Part shown: positions 9,020 to 20,229 of the stretch, piece by piece | Numbering within the stretch: the stretch's first letter is position 1 | Layout: each line of letters opens with the position of its first letter | Assembly (NCBI RefSeq): GCF_001746915.2 | Contig: NZ_CM124774.1 | Span: 2,078,707 to 2,118,706, forward strand | Origin: Desertifilum tharense IPPAS B-1220 | GTDB taxonomy: Bacteria; Cyanobacteriota; Cyanobacteriia; Cyanobacteriales; Desertifilaceae | Direction of reading: 5' to 3' | Length of the DNA: 40,000 nt | Program-made: the position numbers and the translations under genes | Notes under the pieces: model-generated | What the model was told of the DNA's origin: nothing | The model's input: only the letters and a program-made list of their open reading frames with translations | Databases searched by the model: none

Positions 9020-9051
9020 GGGTTGGGTTTCCCTTGCGTTCTACCCAACCC
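9020..9051. repeat. GGGTTGGGT-loop-ACCCAACCC hairpin repeat (copy in the DUF269-DUF683 spacer)
   Basis: 9-bp perfect stem (9020-9028 / 9043-9051) with a 14-nt loop. Same family as 8403 and 31827. Confidence 0.7.
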
Positions 9052-9066
9052 ACGGGATGAGAGGAA

Positions 9067-9531
9067 TTAAAGTTTGCAGATATTGGCGTAGTTTGTGGCT
9101 AGGTCTATGCCTGAGTTGACTAACTTTTCGCCTTCTGCAATCAGCTTTTCTAGGGAGTCAAATCCAAATCTTTGGGCATCTCGTAGGGTACGAACGACGA
9201 TGAGGAGGCGGCCGGAAAAAACAAGGGCCCAACCAAAGCCTTCGTGACTGAGGTCAATGACGACTTGGGAGAGTTGTCCGGTTTCTTGCTCGATGCGGGC
9301 TGCGATCGCGCGATAGAATGCCATAATCCGGCCTTGGGTAATCGGATCGACTTCTCCTTCTACTGAAATTCCGCGTTTCTGGGCGCGAGTCACCACAAAG
9401 GGTTTGAGTAAGATTTCGTCCGACCAGTTGCGATAGGTTCCGTAAGGGTCGTTAGCCCGGATTTGTTGCACTAAGGCTTTGGCAAAGGCAGAGTCGAGGA
9501 GAGTTGGGGACGTAATTTCTGTAGTCGTCAT
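9067..9531 (-). CDS. NifX-associated nitrogen fixation protein (DUF269)
   Basis: 154 aa, immediately after nifX. The segment ...IMAFYRAIAARIEQETGQLSQVVIDLSHEGFGWALVFSGRLLIV is typical of DUF269. Confidence 0.85.
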   Translation of the reverse strand: MTTTEITSPTLLDSAFAKALVQQIRANDPYGTYRNWSDEILLKPFVVTRAQKRGISVEGEVDPITQGRIMAFYRAIAARIEQETGQLSQVVIDLSHEGFGWALVFSGRLLIVVRTLRDAQRFGFDSLEKLIAEGEKLVNSGIDLATNYANICKL

Positions 9532-9534
9532 CTG

Positions 9535-9942
9535 TTATACCGTTACTTCTTCTAATTCATCCAGGGTGTGGGATTGCTGTTTCAAGACTTTGCGTAACCA
9601 GGGGGGAGGATTGCCGTTGAGGGTTTGGACTAATTTATTGAGAATTTCAATAATTTCGTCATCCTCGCTATTGGCTTTAATGGGGGTAACGTTCCGGCGA
9701 ATCAGGCGGGCGGCGGCGCTTCCCCCAATGGCAGAAACATAAACAATCGTGCAATCTGCTAGGGCTTCGAGTTTTGGGACTAATTTGTCTTCGTTCCCGT
9801 CTTCTTTGAGGTCGCCAGCAAATTCAAGCGTTTCGATAAACTGGAAGCCTTGGGGGGTGACATCATAGACGGCGAGTTGTTTAGCCCACCCGAAATGAGC
9901 ATTAATGTGAATCAAATCATTGGTGGCGAAGGCTATTTTCAT
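9535..9942 (-). CDS. nifX: NifX (FeMo-cofactor intermediate carrier)
   Basis: 135 aa. MKIAFATND...[13 protein letters not shown]...[17 protein letters not shown] matches the NifX/NafY fold family. The start overlaps the nifEN 3' end by 26 nt. Confidence 0.85.
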   Translation of the reverse strand: MKIAFATNDLIHINAHFGWAKQLAVYDVTPQGFQFIETLEFAGDLKEDGNEDKLVPKLEALADCTIVYVSAIGGSAAARLIRRNVTPIKANSEDDEIIEILNKLVQTLNGNPPPWLRKVLKQQSHTLDELEEVTV

Positions 9943-12793
9943 GGTGCTTCTCCGTTTCCATCTCTAAAAATAAGTTGCCAATCTCAAACAAAAGCTGCAT
10001 AGTGCCGCGATAGCCAATGGTGGTGCGTTGGCCGTTACCCAAGCGGTCAAAGATTGGAAATCCGAGGCGATAGAGGGGTATATTGAGACGATGAGCGATC
10101 GCGCTGGCGTTGGAATTCGCAATCAGCAAATCACTTCCCACGGCGAGTTGCTCAAAGTCATCTAAATCGCCAATCGTCACGGTTTCAATCGGCAAATTTT
10201 CCAATAAAGGAGATTTGGTGGTGGTGACTGCGGCGTGAATTTCTGCCCCCATGAAGTGCAACCACCAAGCAATGGAGTACAGTAAATCCGGTTCTAGGGC
10301 CAAAGATACCCGCTTGCGACCTAAATAGAAGTGAGTATCGAGCATGGCATCTTGCAACTGGCGGCGCATTCTGCGGTACGTGTCTGGCACGTCTACCCCA
10401 CTCAAATCGCTTAAAGCCTGCAAAAATCGATCGACCGCCTCTAACCCAGTCAGTTGGGGGAAAACCTCGTAGGGAATGCCAAAGCGCTGTTCGAGGATAT
10501 CGGCGGCTGTTCGCATACTTTCCCCGATAGCGAAGGTATAGACAGAACGCCCAATATTGCGTAACTGAGCAACGGTGGTTCCTCCCGCCGTCACCGCGCT
10601 GTAGCTATCTTCTAAATGACCATCCAAAGAGTCCGACAGATCGGGGACAATAATAGCAGTTAGGCCAAACGCTGCGATCGCATCCTTGAGTTCTTGCACG
10701 TCGCCTGGAGTGAGGGCAGGCCCGGCTAAAATGGTAATTTGATCGGGTCTAGCAGAGTTAACCAGGGGCAGTTCCTTCACTAAACCTTCCACTGCCGCCG
10801 CAAACCCATCTTGCAACGAGCCTTTAAAGTCTGCTGTAGAAACCAATACAATCGGCAACTCCTCATCTGTGGGAGTCTGACTCAATAGCTGAGGCTGGCG
10901 TTTGCGGAACTCGCGCAGAATTCTTTCCATATCATCCCCACGGGTTTCCGTTAGCCCAGTGGTGCATAATCCAATGATTTCTGGCTTAAACTTCTCCACA
11001 ATCGTCAGAATTGCCTGTTCGACATTCTCTTCCCCACCTAAAATCGTGGTAACTTCCGTCATCGCCGTCGTTGCGAGGGGAATAGCTTCCCGGAAATGCC
11101 GCACTAGCATGACTTTGGCAAACGCCGTACAGCCTTGGGAACCGTGAAATAAAGGCATCATCCCCTGAATTCCCAAGAAAGCCAGCGCCGCCCCCAAAGG
11201 TTGGCTTTGTTTGAGAGGATTAATTGCGATCGCCTTTTTCGGAGTCACAATTTGAGTAGGAGGGTGGGGGGAAAGGAGTGCAAAGTTCCGAGTTCCAAGT
11301 TCCGAGTAAGGAAGAGGGTGGGGGGATGGAGACTTTGCTGCTAACTTCTCACTCTCTTCCCACTCAGCACTCAGCACTTTACACTCAGCACTTAGAGAAG
11401 CACTCAGCACTTTACACTCAGCACTCTCTTCCCAAGGGGCTACCTGCCGCACTTGCTGCCAGATGGGACTGTAGAGGGCTTCTTCCAACTCTCGCGCCAT
11501 TTCCACCATGCCTGCATACCCGGCATAGGAATGATGGCGTTCCTGGTTAATATCTAAAAAGGGAATTCTGGCTTTTAGGGCGGTGTATTGGTTGCGTCCG
11601 CCTGCAATCAGCATATCAGCGTTGGTTTGGGCAATGACGCGCAGCAATTCCTGAGCGTTGCCCTTTTCCAACATAATCCCATCTTGACCGAGCAAGAGTT
11701 TAATCCGCGCCTTATCTTCTTCCGTGCTTTTCTTGGTACTGGTGGCTACCACCTGCATCCCCAAGTCCTTCGCGGCTGAGACAATCGACCAACTTTTAAC
11801 GCCGCCCGTATAGAGAACCACCCGCTTTCCTTGCAGGCGATCGCGATAGGGTGCTAAGGTGCGATCTAAAGTTGCCGTTTCCTCTGCAATCAGGCATTCT
11901 ACCCGGTCTTGCAAATCCGCATCGCCCAACTTTAGCGCCACATTTCGCAAACAGCGATTCATATCCTCAACACCGTAGAACGACTCCTCAATGTAAGGAA
12001 TGCCATAGCGTTCTTCCATCTTGCGGGCCATATTAATCAACGCTTTAGAACAAATCATCACGTTGAGTTTGGCGCGATGGGCATAGGCGATTTCTTGGTA
12101 ACGAGCATCGCCCGTAATTTTCGCAAGAACTCGAATCCCTAGCTTTTCAAATAGGGGTAAAACATTCCACAATTCCCCGGCAATGTTATATTCCCCAATC
12201 AAATTAATATCGTAGGGCGTCGTATATTCCGGTTCTGCGGTACCCACCACATATTCCAGTAAGGCTTCGCCCCCTACCCGATTTCCCAAGTTCTTGCTAC
12301 CAATAAAACCAGGAGAATTCACCGGAATAATCGGCGTCCCCGTCTTTTTCGCCGCCTTTTGACACACCGCATCCAAGTCATCGCCAATTAAAGCAGTAAC
12401 GCAGGTGGAATAGACAAAAATTGCGGCGGGTTGATAGCGCTGTTGGACTTCCAAAATAGATTGATACAGGCGCTTTTCACCGCCAAAAATCACATCATTT
12501 TCGGATAAATCGGTCGTGAACCCCATCTTATAGAGCAAAGGGCCAGAGGAAAGACTGCCGCGACTGCCCCAGGAATTCCCCGCACAAGCAATCGGACCGT
12601 GAACTAAATGAGCCGCATCCGTAATCGGAACGAGGGCAATCATCGCGCCATCAAAGGCACAGCCCCCTTGCGCTGCACCGGGTTGCGCTTGTTGGGTACA
12701 GGCTTTATTTTTCTTGTCTCCGTGCTTCTGGTGGTTGTGTTCGCAACCCGGTTCAGTCAGCAGTTCTTTAATTTTGCCTTGGGTCATTTTCAT
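9917..12793 (-). CDS. nifEN: Fused NifE-NifN FeMo-cofactor scaffold (single ORF)
   Basis: Uninterrupted 958 codons. Residues 1-454 are NifE (GCAFDGA..., ...[34 protein letters not shown]). Residues ~515-958 are NifN ([41 protein letters not shown]...). Residues 455-514 are repeat-derived. Confidence 0.9.
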   Translation of the reverse strand: MKMTQGKIKELLTEPGCEHNHQKHGDKKNKACTQQAQPGAAQGGCAFDGAMIALVPITDAAHLVHGPIACAGNSWGSRGSLSSGPLLYKMGFTTDLSENDVIFGGEKRLYQSILEVQQRYQPAAIFVYSTCVTALIGDDLDAVCQKAAKKTGTPIIPVNSPGFIGSKNLGNRVGGEALLEYVVGTAEPEYTTPYDINLIGEYNIAGELWNVLPLFEKLGIRVLAKITGDARYQEIAYAHRAKLNVMICSKALINMARKMEERYGIPYIEESFYGVEDMNRCLRNVALKLGDADLQDRVECLIAEETATLDRTLAPYRDRLQGKRVVLYTGGVKSWSIVSAAKDLGMQVVATSTKKSTEEDKARIKLLLGQDGIMLEKGNAQELLRVIAQTNADMLIAGGRNQYTALKARIPFLDINQERHHSYAGYAGMVEMARELEEALYSPIWQQVRQVAPWEESAECKVLSASLSAECKVLSAEWEESEKLAAKSPSPHPLPYSELGTRNFALLSPHPPTQIVTPKKAIAINPLKQSQPLGAALAFLGIQGMMPLFHGSQGCTAFAKVMLVRHFREAIPLATTAMTEVTTILGGEENVEQAILTIVEKFKPEIIGLCTTGLTETRGDDMERILREFRKRQPQLLSQTPTDEELPIVLVSTADFKGSLQDGFAAAVEGLVKELPLVNSARPDQITILAGPALTPGDVQELKDAIAAFGLTAIIVPDLSDSLDGHLEDSYSAVTAGGTTVAQLRNIGRSVYTFAIGESMRTAADILEQRFGIPYEVFPQLTGLEAVDRFLQALSDLSGVDVPDTYRRMRRQLQDAMLDTHFYLGRKRVSLALEPDLLYSIAWWLHFMGAEIHAAVTTTKSPLLENLPIETVTIGDLDDFEQLAVGSDLLIANSNASAIAHRLNIPLYRLGFPIFDRLGNGQRTTIGYRGTMQLLFEIGNLFLEMETEKHHENSLRHQ
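11252..11431 (-). repeat. Mosaic heptamer-repeat copy embedded in frame between the NifE and NifN moieties
   Basis: The sense strand reads GGGAAGAGAGTGCTGAGTGTAAAGTGCTGAGTGCTTCTCTAAGTGCTGAGTGTAAAGTGCTGAGTGCTGAGTGGGAAGAG...CCATCCCCCCACCCTCTTCC...CGGAACTTGGAACTCGGAACTTTGCACTC...CCCCCCACCCTCC. The same modules occur at 24217, 30082, 34261 and 35153. Confidence 0.9.
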
Positions 12794-12838
12794 GGCCGGG
12801 GCCCTAGATGATGGGTGGATAAGGAGGTAGGAAAGAGA

Positions 12839-13153
12839 CTAAGCTATATACTTCGTGACCTCTTCGCCGCATTCATCAGCGAGATAGGTAAGGGCCCGAA
12901 GACGCAAATACGCCAATTCGTTATAGAGGGGGTTGAGTTTGCACAGGGCTTGAATGTGGTAAGTCTGACCAAACAGAGTAATATCTCTTTCAAAAGCACA
13001 GCGGCTAGGGATAATTTGGCAGACTTGATGAGCCAGTTGAGGGTTGTGGAATTCAATCTGATTCAGCCATTGACGCGCCGGGGCTAACCAATCGAGGGGC
13101 TGTTGTCTTGGGAGACTCCACAACGGGAAGCGTTTGGGGAAAATCGTCACCAT
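12839..13153 (-). CDS. Mo-dependent nitrogenase C-terminal-domain family protein (Mo-nitro_C)
   Basis: The ATG at 13153 gives 104 aa: ...WLNQIEFHNPQLAHQVCQIIPSRCAFERDITLFGQTYHIQALCKLNPLYNELAYLRLRALTYLADECGEE. The 135-aa track form starts at a TAATG overlap with nifK, but its extra N-terminus is the hairpin at 13181-13227. Confidence 0.75.
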   Translation of the reverse strand: MVTIFPKRFPLWSLPRQQPLDWLAPARQWLNQIEFHNPQLAHQVCQIIPSRCAFERDITLFGQTYHIQALCKLNPLYNELAYLRLRALTYLADECGEEVTKYIA

Positions 13154-13180
13154 AGCGCAAGAGGGAAGAATAAAGGTAAC

Positions 13181-13227
13181 GAGAAACCGGGTTGATTGGG
13201 GTTCGGCAACCCAGAACCCGGTTTGTC
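13181..13227 (-). other. Nested RNA hairpin just 3' of nifK
   Basis: GAGAAACCGGGTT (13181-13193) pairs with AACCCGGTTTGTC (13215-13227): 10 perfect bp, then one mismatch and 2 more bp. The loop holds an inner TGGGTT-cggc-AACCCA hairpin. Confidence 0.6.
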
Positions 13228-13245
13228 TTCGCATCCGCACCGACA

Positions 13246-14781
13246 TTAACGGATCAAGTCGTAGGAGATGTCAGTTTTAGACGGAATAATGGTATTGCGA
13301 TCGAGATCGTCGAGGATCGTGTTAATAATCCAGTTGAGCCAATTAAGCGCCCCAGCATAGCCTAATGTGGAATAGCGATGCAGGTGATGGCGGTCAAAGA
13401 TGGGATAGCCAATGCGGGCGAGGGGCGTTTTGGTATCGCGCCAGAGGTATTTTCCGTAGGAATTCCCAATCAACAAATCTACAGGCTCAGTGAACATTAG
13501 CGATCGCAGATGCCACAGGTCTTTACCGCCCCAAATCTTGGCATTTGCTCCGTACTGGCTAGAATCCAGCAGCGCTTGCAGTTCAGCTTCAAACACTTCA
13601 TTGCTATTGGTGACAACAATGTGAGTCGGTTCTGCACCCAGTTCGAGCAAGAAGCCCACCAAACCATAGACCAAATCGGGATCGCCATACAGAGCTACAC
13701 TCTTACCATGAATCCAGGCTTGAGAATCCGTCATCGCATCAACAGTACGGCCGCGTTCAATTTCGAGTTCTCTGGGAATCGGTTTACCGCTAATTTCCGA
13801 GAGTTTTTGCAAGAACTGGTCGGTGCCTTGAATTCCGAAGGGGCGCAGAACGGTGGCTTGTTGATTCCACTCTTTTTGAATATATTCCCGCGTCTTGATC
13901 GTAGAGTAGGCTTGTAGCGCGATCGTGCCTTCAGCATTAATCGAATCTGCGGCTTCTTCTAGGGTAGTCTTGCCCTGATACATCACAAATTCGCCTTCAT
14001 TCGGAGAATCAAACGTATCAGAGTTATCCGCCAACACCGTATGGTCAATGCCAAATAAATCAAGAATCCGACGCAGTTCGCGGTTATTCGCCGTGTAAGT
14101 ATCAAAGCCGGGAATAAAGTTCCATTTCCCGTTAGTGGTTTCCGTCTTCTTGCCTTCGGTGAGATTGGTCAAAATCCCCTTAAGCATATTGTCATATCCC
14201 GTAATGTGGGAACCGACAAAGCTAGGCGTATGGGCATAGGGGACTGGGAAATCTTCAGGAATCGAGCCTTTTTCTTTTGAGGTTTTGATGAACGCTTGCA
14301 AGTCATCTCCAATCACCTCAGCCATGCAAGTCGTACACATGGCAATCATCTTCGGCTTGTACAACTCGTAGGAGTTCGCCAGACCATCAATCATGTTTTG
14401 CAGGCCGCCAAATACCGCCGCATCTTCAGTCATCGAAGAGGAAACCGCCGAGAAGGGTTCTTTAAAGTGGCGGGTTAAGTGAGTGCGGAAGTAAGCAACG
14501 CAACCTTGGGAACCATGTACAAAGGGCAGAGTACCTTCAAATCCAGAGGCCGCAAAAATTGCACCGAGGGGCTGACAAGCTTTCGCTGGGTTAATGGTGA
14601 GGGCTTCGCGAGCAAAGTTCTTTTCGCGATATTCCCAGCTTTTCGTCCATTCTGCAACTCTTGCGACTTCTTCGGCACTGTGGCAATCTTCAAATTGCTT
14701 TTTAACTTTAAACAGTTCCTGATATTCCGGCTGGTGAAAGAGTTCTACGTGGTCTTTAATTTGGTCAACATTCTGAGCCAT
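13246..14781 (-). CDS. nifK: Nitrogenase MoFe protein beta chain NifK
   Basis: The ATG at 14781 (GGAGAG upstream) gives 511 aa: [15 protein letters not shown]...[11 protein letters not shown]...[12 protein letters not shown]. The track ORF extends to 14868. Confidence 0.95.
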   Translation of the reverse strand: MAQNVDQIKDHVELFHQPEYQELFKVKKQFEDCHSAEEVARVAEWTKSWEYREKNFAREALTINPAKACQPLGAIFAASGFEGTLPFVHGSQGCVAYFRTHLTRHFKEPFSAVSSSMTEDAAVFGGLQNMIDGLANSYELYKPKMIAMCTTCMAEVIGDDLQAFIKTSKEKGSIPEDFPVPYAHTPSFVGSHITGYDNMLKGILTNLTEGKKTETTNGKWNFIPGFDTYTANNRELRRILDLFGIDHTVLADNSDTFDSPNEGEFVMYQGKTTLEEAADSINAEGTIALQAYSTIKTREYIQKEWNQQATVLRPFGIQGTDQFLQKLSEISGKPIPRELEIERGRTVDAMTDSQAWIHGKSVALYGDPDLVYGLVGFLLELGAEPTHIVVTNSNEVFEAELQALLDSSQYGANAKIWGGKDLWHLRSLMFTEPVDLLIGNSYGKYLWRDTKTPLARIGYPIFDRHHLHRYSTLGYAGALNWLNWIINTILDDLDRNTIIPSKTDISYDLIR

Positions 14782-14836
14782 GACTTTCTCTCCTGTGTGG
14801 GTCGGGGGGGGGATAGCGTAGCGTACAAGGGGGCTT

Positions 14837-14868
14837 GTGAGTAGATGGTGAGGATTGCATCTACTCAC
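14837..14868 (-). other. Hairpin in the nifD-nifK spacer
   Basis: GTGAGTAGATG (14837-14847) pairs with CATCTACTCAC (14858-14868): 11-bp perfect stem, 10-nt loop. Confidence 0.6.
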
Positions 14869-14877
14869 TCACCTCAT

Positions 14878-16365
14878 CTACTCCTCGGTTTGCTTCCAAG
14901 GGGCTTTGACTAAACCCCAAGTTGGACTGTTAAGGGCGAGATCCATATCGCGAGCAAAGATGGCAAACCCGTCATAGCCGTGATAGGGGCCGGAATAATC
15001 CCAGGAGTGCATTTGCCGGAACGGAAGGGCCATTTTTTGGAAGACGTACTTCTCTTTAATGCCCGCTGCAATTAAGTCTGGTTTGAGTTGCTGGGCAAAT
15101 TGTTCAAATTCATAGCCCGAAACATCGTCGTAAATGATGGTGCCATCGTCGATGTATTCGGCGGTGCGTTTGTAGTCGTCGTTGTGTCCAAACTCGTAGC
15201 CTGTACCGACGATGATCATTCCTAAATCGCGGAAGGCGGGGATGACGTGGCGAGGACGCAAGCCACCGACCATCAGCATGACGGTTTTGCCGTCTAAGCG
15301 GGGGCGATACTTGGCAATCACTGCATCGCTTTGGGCTTGATATTTGGCGATGACGCGTTCTGCACCTTCTTGGATTTTCTCGTCAAATTTGGCCGCGATC
15401 GCTCTGAGAGATTCAGCAATATGCGTTGGCCCAAAGAAGTTAAACTCCATCCAGGGAATCCCGTAGGTTTCTTCCATGTGGCGGCAGATGTAGTTCATCG
15501 ACCGATAGCAGTGGATGAGATTTAACTTCACCTGGGTGGTGAGTAGCACTTCGTTCCAAGTGCCATCTCCAGAGAACTGAGTCACAACGCGCAGACCCAT
15601 TTCTTCGAGTAAAATCCGAGAAGACCAAGCATCTCCACCAATGTTGTAGTCCCCAATTACGGCGACATCATAGGGAGACGGTTCAAAGTTTAAGGTTCCG
15701 TCTTTGGCTTTCTGGTCAGCAATGGGAAACGCCCAGTCGCGCACCGTGTCGTTGGCAATGTGGTGGCCTAACGACTGGGAAACGCCCCGGAAGCCTTCGC
15801 AACGTACAGGAATTACGGGTTTGCCAATCTCTTTAGCCGCTTTCTTCGAGACGGCCTCAATATCATCTCCAATTAACCCTACTGGGCATTCCGATTCAAT
15901 CGTGACGCCTTTGACGAGGGGGAACAGTTCGTCCATTTCGGTGAGTAGCTTGGCTAGCTTTTTGTCACCGCCGAAGACGATATCGCGTTCTTGGAAATCG
16001 GAGGTAAATTGCATCGTGCCAAAGGTATCAATCCCTGTGGTACCGATGTAATAGTTACGCCGTCCAGACCAAGAATAATAGCCGCAACCGACTGGGCCAT
16101 GACTGAGGTGAATCATATCCTTGACCGGGCCCCAAACGACCCCTTTTGCGCCAGCGTAGGCACAACCGCGAGTCGTCATAACGCCTGGAACGGATTTAAT
16201 GTTGGACTTTACACCACAATCTGATTTGCCTTCTTCATGCACATTCAGATGCTTTGCCCGCTTTTTGGCGGCCTTTTCAGGATAGGCTTCTAGGACTTCT
16301 TTAATAACGGCTTTCTTATCCACTGGGGTGGGTATTACTTCGAGGGTATCGTTGGGAGGTGTCAT
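14878..16365 (-). CDS. nifD: Nitrogenase MoFe protein alpha chain NifD
   Basis: The ATG at 16365 gives 495 aa: [10 protein letters not shown]...[14 protein letters not shown]...HCYRSMNY...[10 protein letters not shown]. The track ORF extends to 16452. Confidence 0.95.
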   Translation of the reverse strand: MTPPNDTLEVIPTPVDKKAVIKEVLEAYPEKAAKKRAKHLNVHEEGKSDCGVKSNIKSVPGVMTTRGCAYAGAKGVVWGPVKDMIHLSHGPVGCGYYSWSGRRNYYIGTTGIDTFGTMQFTSDFQERDIVFGGDKKLAKLLTEMDELFPLVKGVTIESECPVGLIGDDIEAVSKKAAKEIGKPVIPVRCEGFRGVSQSLGHHIANDTVRDWAFPIADQKAKDGTLNFEPSPYDVAVIGDYNIGGDAWSSRILLEEMGLRVVTQFSGDGTWNEVLLTTQVKLNLIHCYRSMNYICRHMEETYGIPWMEFNFFGPTHIAESLRAIAAKFDEKIQEGAERVIAKYQAQSDAVIAKYRPRLDGKTVMLMVGGLRPRHVIPAFRDLGMIIVGTGYEFGHNDDYKRTAEYIDDGTIIYDDVSGYEFEQFAQQLKPDLIAAGIKEKYVFQKMALPFRQMHSWDYSGPYHGYDGFAIFARDMDLALNSPTWGLVKAPWKQTEE

Positions 16366-16473
16366 GTTCTGCCTCTGGTGAGTGGGTAGGTCGAGAAAAG
16401 GGCAATGAGGGGAATCAGGTGCGTTTGCTTGGGTGTGTTGCTCTCTCCCCATTGCCTCCCGAAGGTGTCTTGA

Positions 16474-17692
<1,219 letters not shown>

Positions 17693-17695
<3 letters not shown>

Positions 17696-18571
17696 GATGG
17701 CTTCAACAACTAAGGTGGGTAGAACGCGTTCTTGCAATCTGGCTTCCACCGCTATTTTGAGGGTGGCGGTACTGGAGGAACAGGAACCACAGGCCCCTTT
17801 GAGGACAACTTTCACGGTGTTTCCTTCCACGTCGTAAAGTTCAACATCGCCACCATCTGCCATTAATACGGGACGGACTTCTTCATCGAGGACGCGCTGA
17901 ATTAAGGTAATCTTTTGAACGATTGTTAGCGGCGGTTGGGGAATGGCTTCGCGCAGGGCAATTTCTGCGGCTAGGGTTTTGGCTTCCTTATAGAGATCGG
18001 TGAGGACATCTTCAATAGCGGCTGCACAGGAACTACAACCCCCTCCGGCTTTGACGTAGCTGGTGACTTGTTCGACGGTGGTGAGGTTATTTTCAATCGC
18101 CACGCGCCGGATCTTGTTTTCGCTAACGCCATAGCAAGCGCAGATTAAAGCCCCTTCATCTTCTTCGTGATGTTCGATTTCAATGCCGCGATACTTATAA
18201 ATGGCGGCTTCTAGGGCTTCTTGTCCCATTACAGAACAGTGCATTTTGGCTTCGGGTAGTCCTCCGAGATAATCGGCGATCTCTTTGTTGGTGACGTGCA
18301 GCGCTGCGTCTAAGGTGAGTCCTTTAATGAGTTCAGTCAGTGCTGAAGAAGAAGCGATCGCGCTGGTGCAGCCAAAGGTCTGAAAGCGGGCATCCAGAAT
18401 TTTATCGGAGGCGATATCAATCTGAAGATGCAGTCGCAGCGCGTCTCCGCAAGCAATGCTACCCACTTCGCCGAAGACAACGGCAATTCCCGGTTCTTCG
18501 CAGGGTGCGATCGCGCCTTGGTTTTTGGGGTTATAGAACAGGTCTAATACTTTGTCGGTGTAGTCCCACAT
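17693..18571 (-). CDS. nifU: NifU Fe-S cluster scaffold
   Basis: 292 aa. IscU-like N-terminus (GSIACGDALRLHL), central 2Fe-2S region (LICACYGV...GGGCSSC) and Nfu-like C-terminus (GACGSCSSS). Confidence 0.95.
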
Positions 18572-18626
18572 GGCTTTACGAGGTGCTGAGTAAGGAAGGG
18601 AATTGGAAGTTCGGGCAGAGGGTTGT

Positions 18627-19826
18627 TTATTTACTGGCGAGGGCTTCTTCTCGGTCTTGCAGCCAGTCGGCGCGATCGCTATTGAAGGGGGAAATGGCCC
18701 GCAGGCGTTCGATAATCGGAGGCATCAGTTCTAGAACGCGATCGACTTCGGCGGCGGTGGTGTAGCGAGAGAGGCTAAACCGAATGGAACCGTGCAGAAT
18801 GGTGTAAGGTATGCCCATCGCCCGCAGAACATGGGAAGGTTCTAGGGAACCGGAGGTACAAGCCGAACCGGAGGAGGCACAAACGCCGTATTGGTTCAGT
18901 GAGAGTAAAATGGCTTCCCCTTCGATATATTTGAAACCGATATTGGTGGTATTGGGGAGGCGTTGCGTTGGGTGTCCGTTGACCTGACAATCGGAGATAG
19001 TAGCCAGCAGACCTTGTTCGAGGCGATCGCGCAACTGTTGTTCTAGGGTTGTACTTTGGAAATGCTGTTGGGCGAGTTCGGCTGCTTTACCCAAGGCAAC
19101 AATGCCAGCCACATTCTCGGTCCCCGCGCGGCGTCCCCGTTCTTGATGTCCGCCCAGGAGGAGGGGACGGAAGCGGAACCCCCGCCGGACGTACAGCGCC
19201 CCAACGCCTTTGGGGGCGTGCAGTTTATGACCGGAAAGCGTTAACAGGTCAATAGTGCTGGTTTTCAGGTTCAGGGGCAGTTTCCCGACGGCTTGCACGG
19301 CATCGACGTGGAAGGCTGCGCCGTAGGATTTTGCGAGTGCGCCAATTTCTTCGATGGGGAAGACGACTCCCGTTTCGTTATTGGCGTACATGGTCGTCAC
19401 GAGGGCGGTGCTTCCAGTTAAGGCGGCTTCGAGTTCGGTGAGGTCAATTTGTCCGTGCCGATCGACTGAGAGGTAGGTAACGGTGTAACCTTGTTTTTCG
19501 AGTTGCTTGCAAACGTTGAGGACGCAGGCGTGTTCAACTTGGGTGGTAATAATGCGATCGCGATCCGGTTGGGCGGCTAAGGCGGCGCGGATGGCGGTGT
19601 TGTTCCCTTCTGTGCCGCAACTGGTGAAGACGATTTCCGAATCTTCTGCCCCCAGGAGGCTAGCGAGTTGCGATCGCGCGGCTTGAATCGCTTTACTCAC
19701 CTGGCCGCCAAAGCTGTGCATTGAAGAAGGATTGCCATAATACTCTTGCAGATAAGGCAGCATGGCTTCCAGCACGATCGGGTCTACTTGGGTGGTGGCA
19801 TTGTTGTCAAAATAGATAATATTCAC
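18627..19826 (-). CDS. nifS: NifS cysteine desulfurase
   Basis: GTG at 19826-19824 overlaps the fdxN stop (GTGA) and gives 399 aa: (V)NIIYFDNNATTQVDP...SGHKLHAPKG...SSGSACTSG. The track ORF's 27 extra residues lie inside fdxN. Confidence 0.9.
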   Translation of the reverse strand: MNIIYFDNNATTQVDPIVLEAMLPYLQEYYGNPSSMHSFGGQVSKAIQAARSQLASLLGAEDSEIVFTSCGTEGNNTAIRAALAAQPDRDRIITTQVEHACVLNVCKQLEKQGYTVTYLSVDRHGQIDLTELEAALTGSTALVTTMYANNETGVVFPIEEIGALAKSYGAAFHVDAVQAVGKLPLNLKTSTIDLLTLSGHKLHAPKGVGALYVRRGFRFRPLLLGGHQERGRRAGTENVAGIVALGKAAELAQQHFQSTTLEQQLRDRLEQGLLATISDCQVNGHPTQRLPNTTNIGFKYIEGEAILLSLNQYGVCASSGSACTSGSLEPSHVLRAMGIPYTILHGSIRFSLSRYTTAAEVDRVLELMPPIIERLRAISPFNSDRADWLQDREEALASK

Positions 19827-20215
19827 GCGTCTGTCCCTATAGCCTGATGGGCGGATTGAAGTAAGCCGGAAATGCGGTAAGCGTAGCGATCGAACCAAGA
19901 ATCCCAATATTCTGAATGTCTGGCTAAATGGAGTTGGGCAACCATGCGGTTATAAGTGTCAAACCATTTTTCCCAGTAGTCTTGCGAACCGTTTAAGGCA
20001 ATCGAGGTATTGAAGGGTTTATCGACGCCGGGAATACAACCGTGGTTGGTGGGGCAAGCTGACCAGCATTGCGCGACTGCATAATGACCGATACAGTTAT
20101 TACAAAGGTTGGGGTTAATTTCGTAACGCTGCCCGTTGTGTTGAATGGCTCCTGTGGGACAGGCTAAGACGCAGCGATCGCAATCAATACACCGATCGGT
20201 AATCGAGTAAGTCAT
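19823..20215 (-). CDS. fdxN: nif-associated 2x[4Fe-4S] ferredoxin FdxN
   Basis: 130 aa. Motifs CIDCDRCVLACP and CNNCIGHYAVAQCWSACP. It sits in the canonical nifB-fdxN-nifS-nifU position. Confidence 0.85.
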   Translation of the reverse strand: MTYSITDRCIDCDRCVLACPTGAIQHNGQRYEINPNLCNNCIGHYAVAQCWSACPTNHGCIPGVDKPFNTSIALNGSQDYWEKWFDTYNRMVAQLHLARHSEYWDSWFDRYAYRISGLLQSAHQAIGTDA

Positions 20216-20229
20216 GGCTTCCCTCCCAA

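Noticed and set aside
14782-16452. N-terminal extensions of nifK (to 14868) and nifD (to 16452); similarly hesA, fdxH, nifZ, nifT, tal and petA in the ORF track
   Set aside because: The extensions have no family similarity. Several begin at GTG/TTG codons, and internal ATGs with good Shine-Dalgarno sequences give canonical N-termini and lengths.
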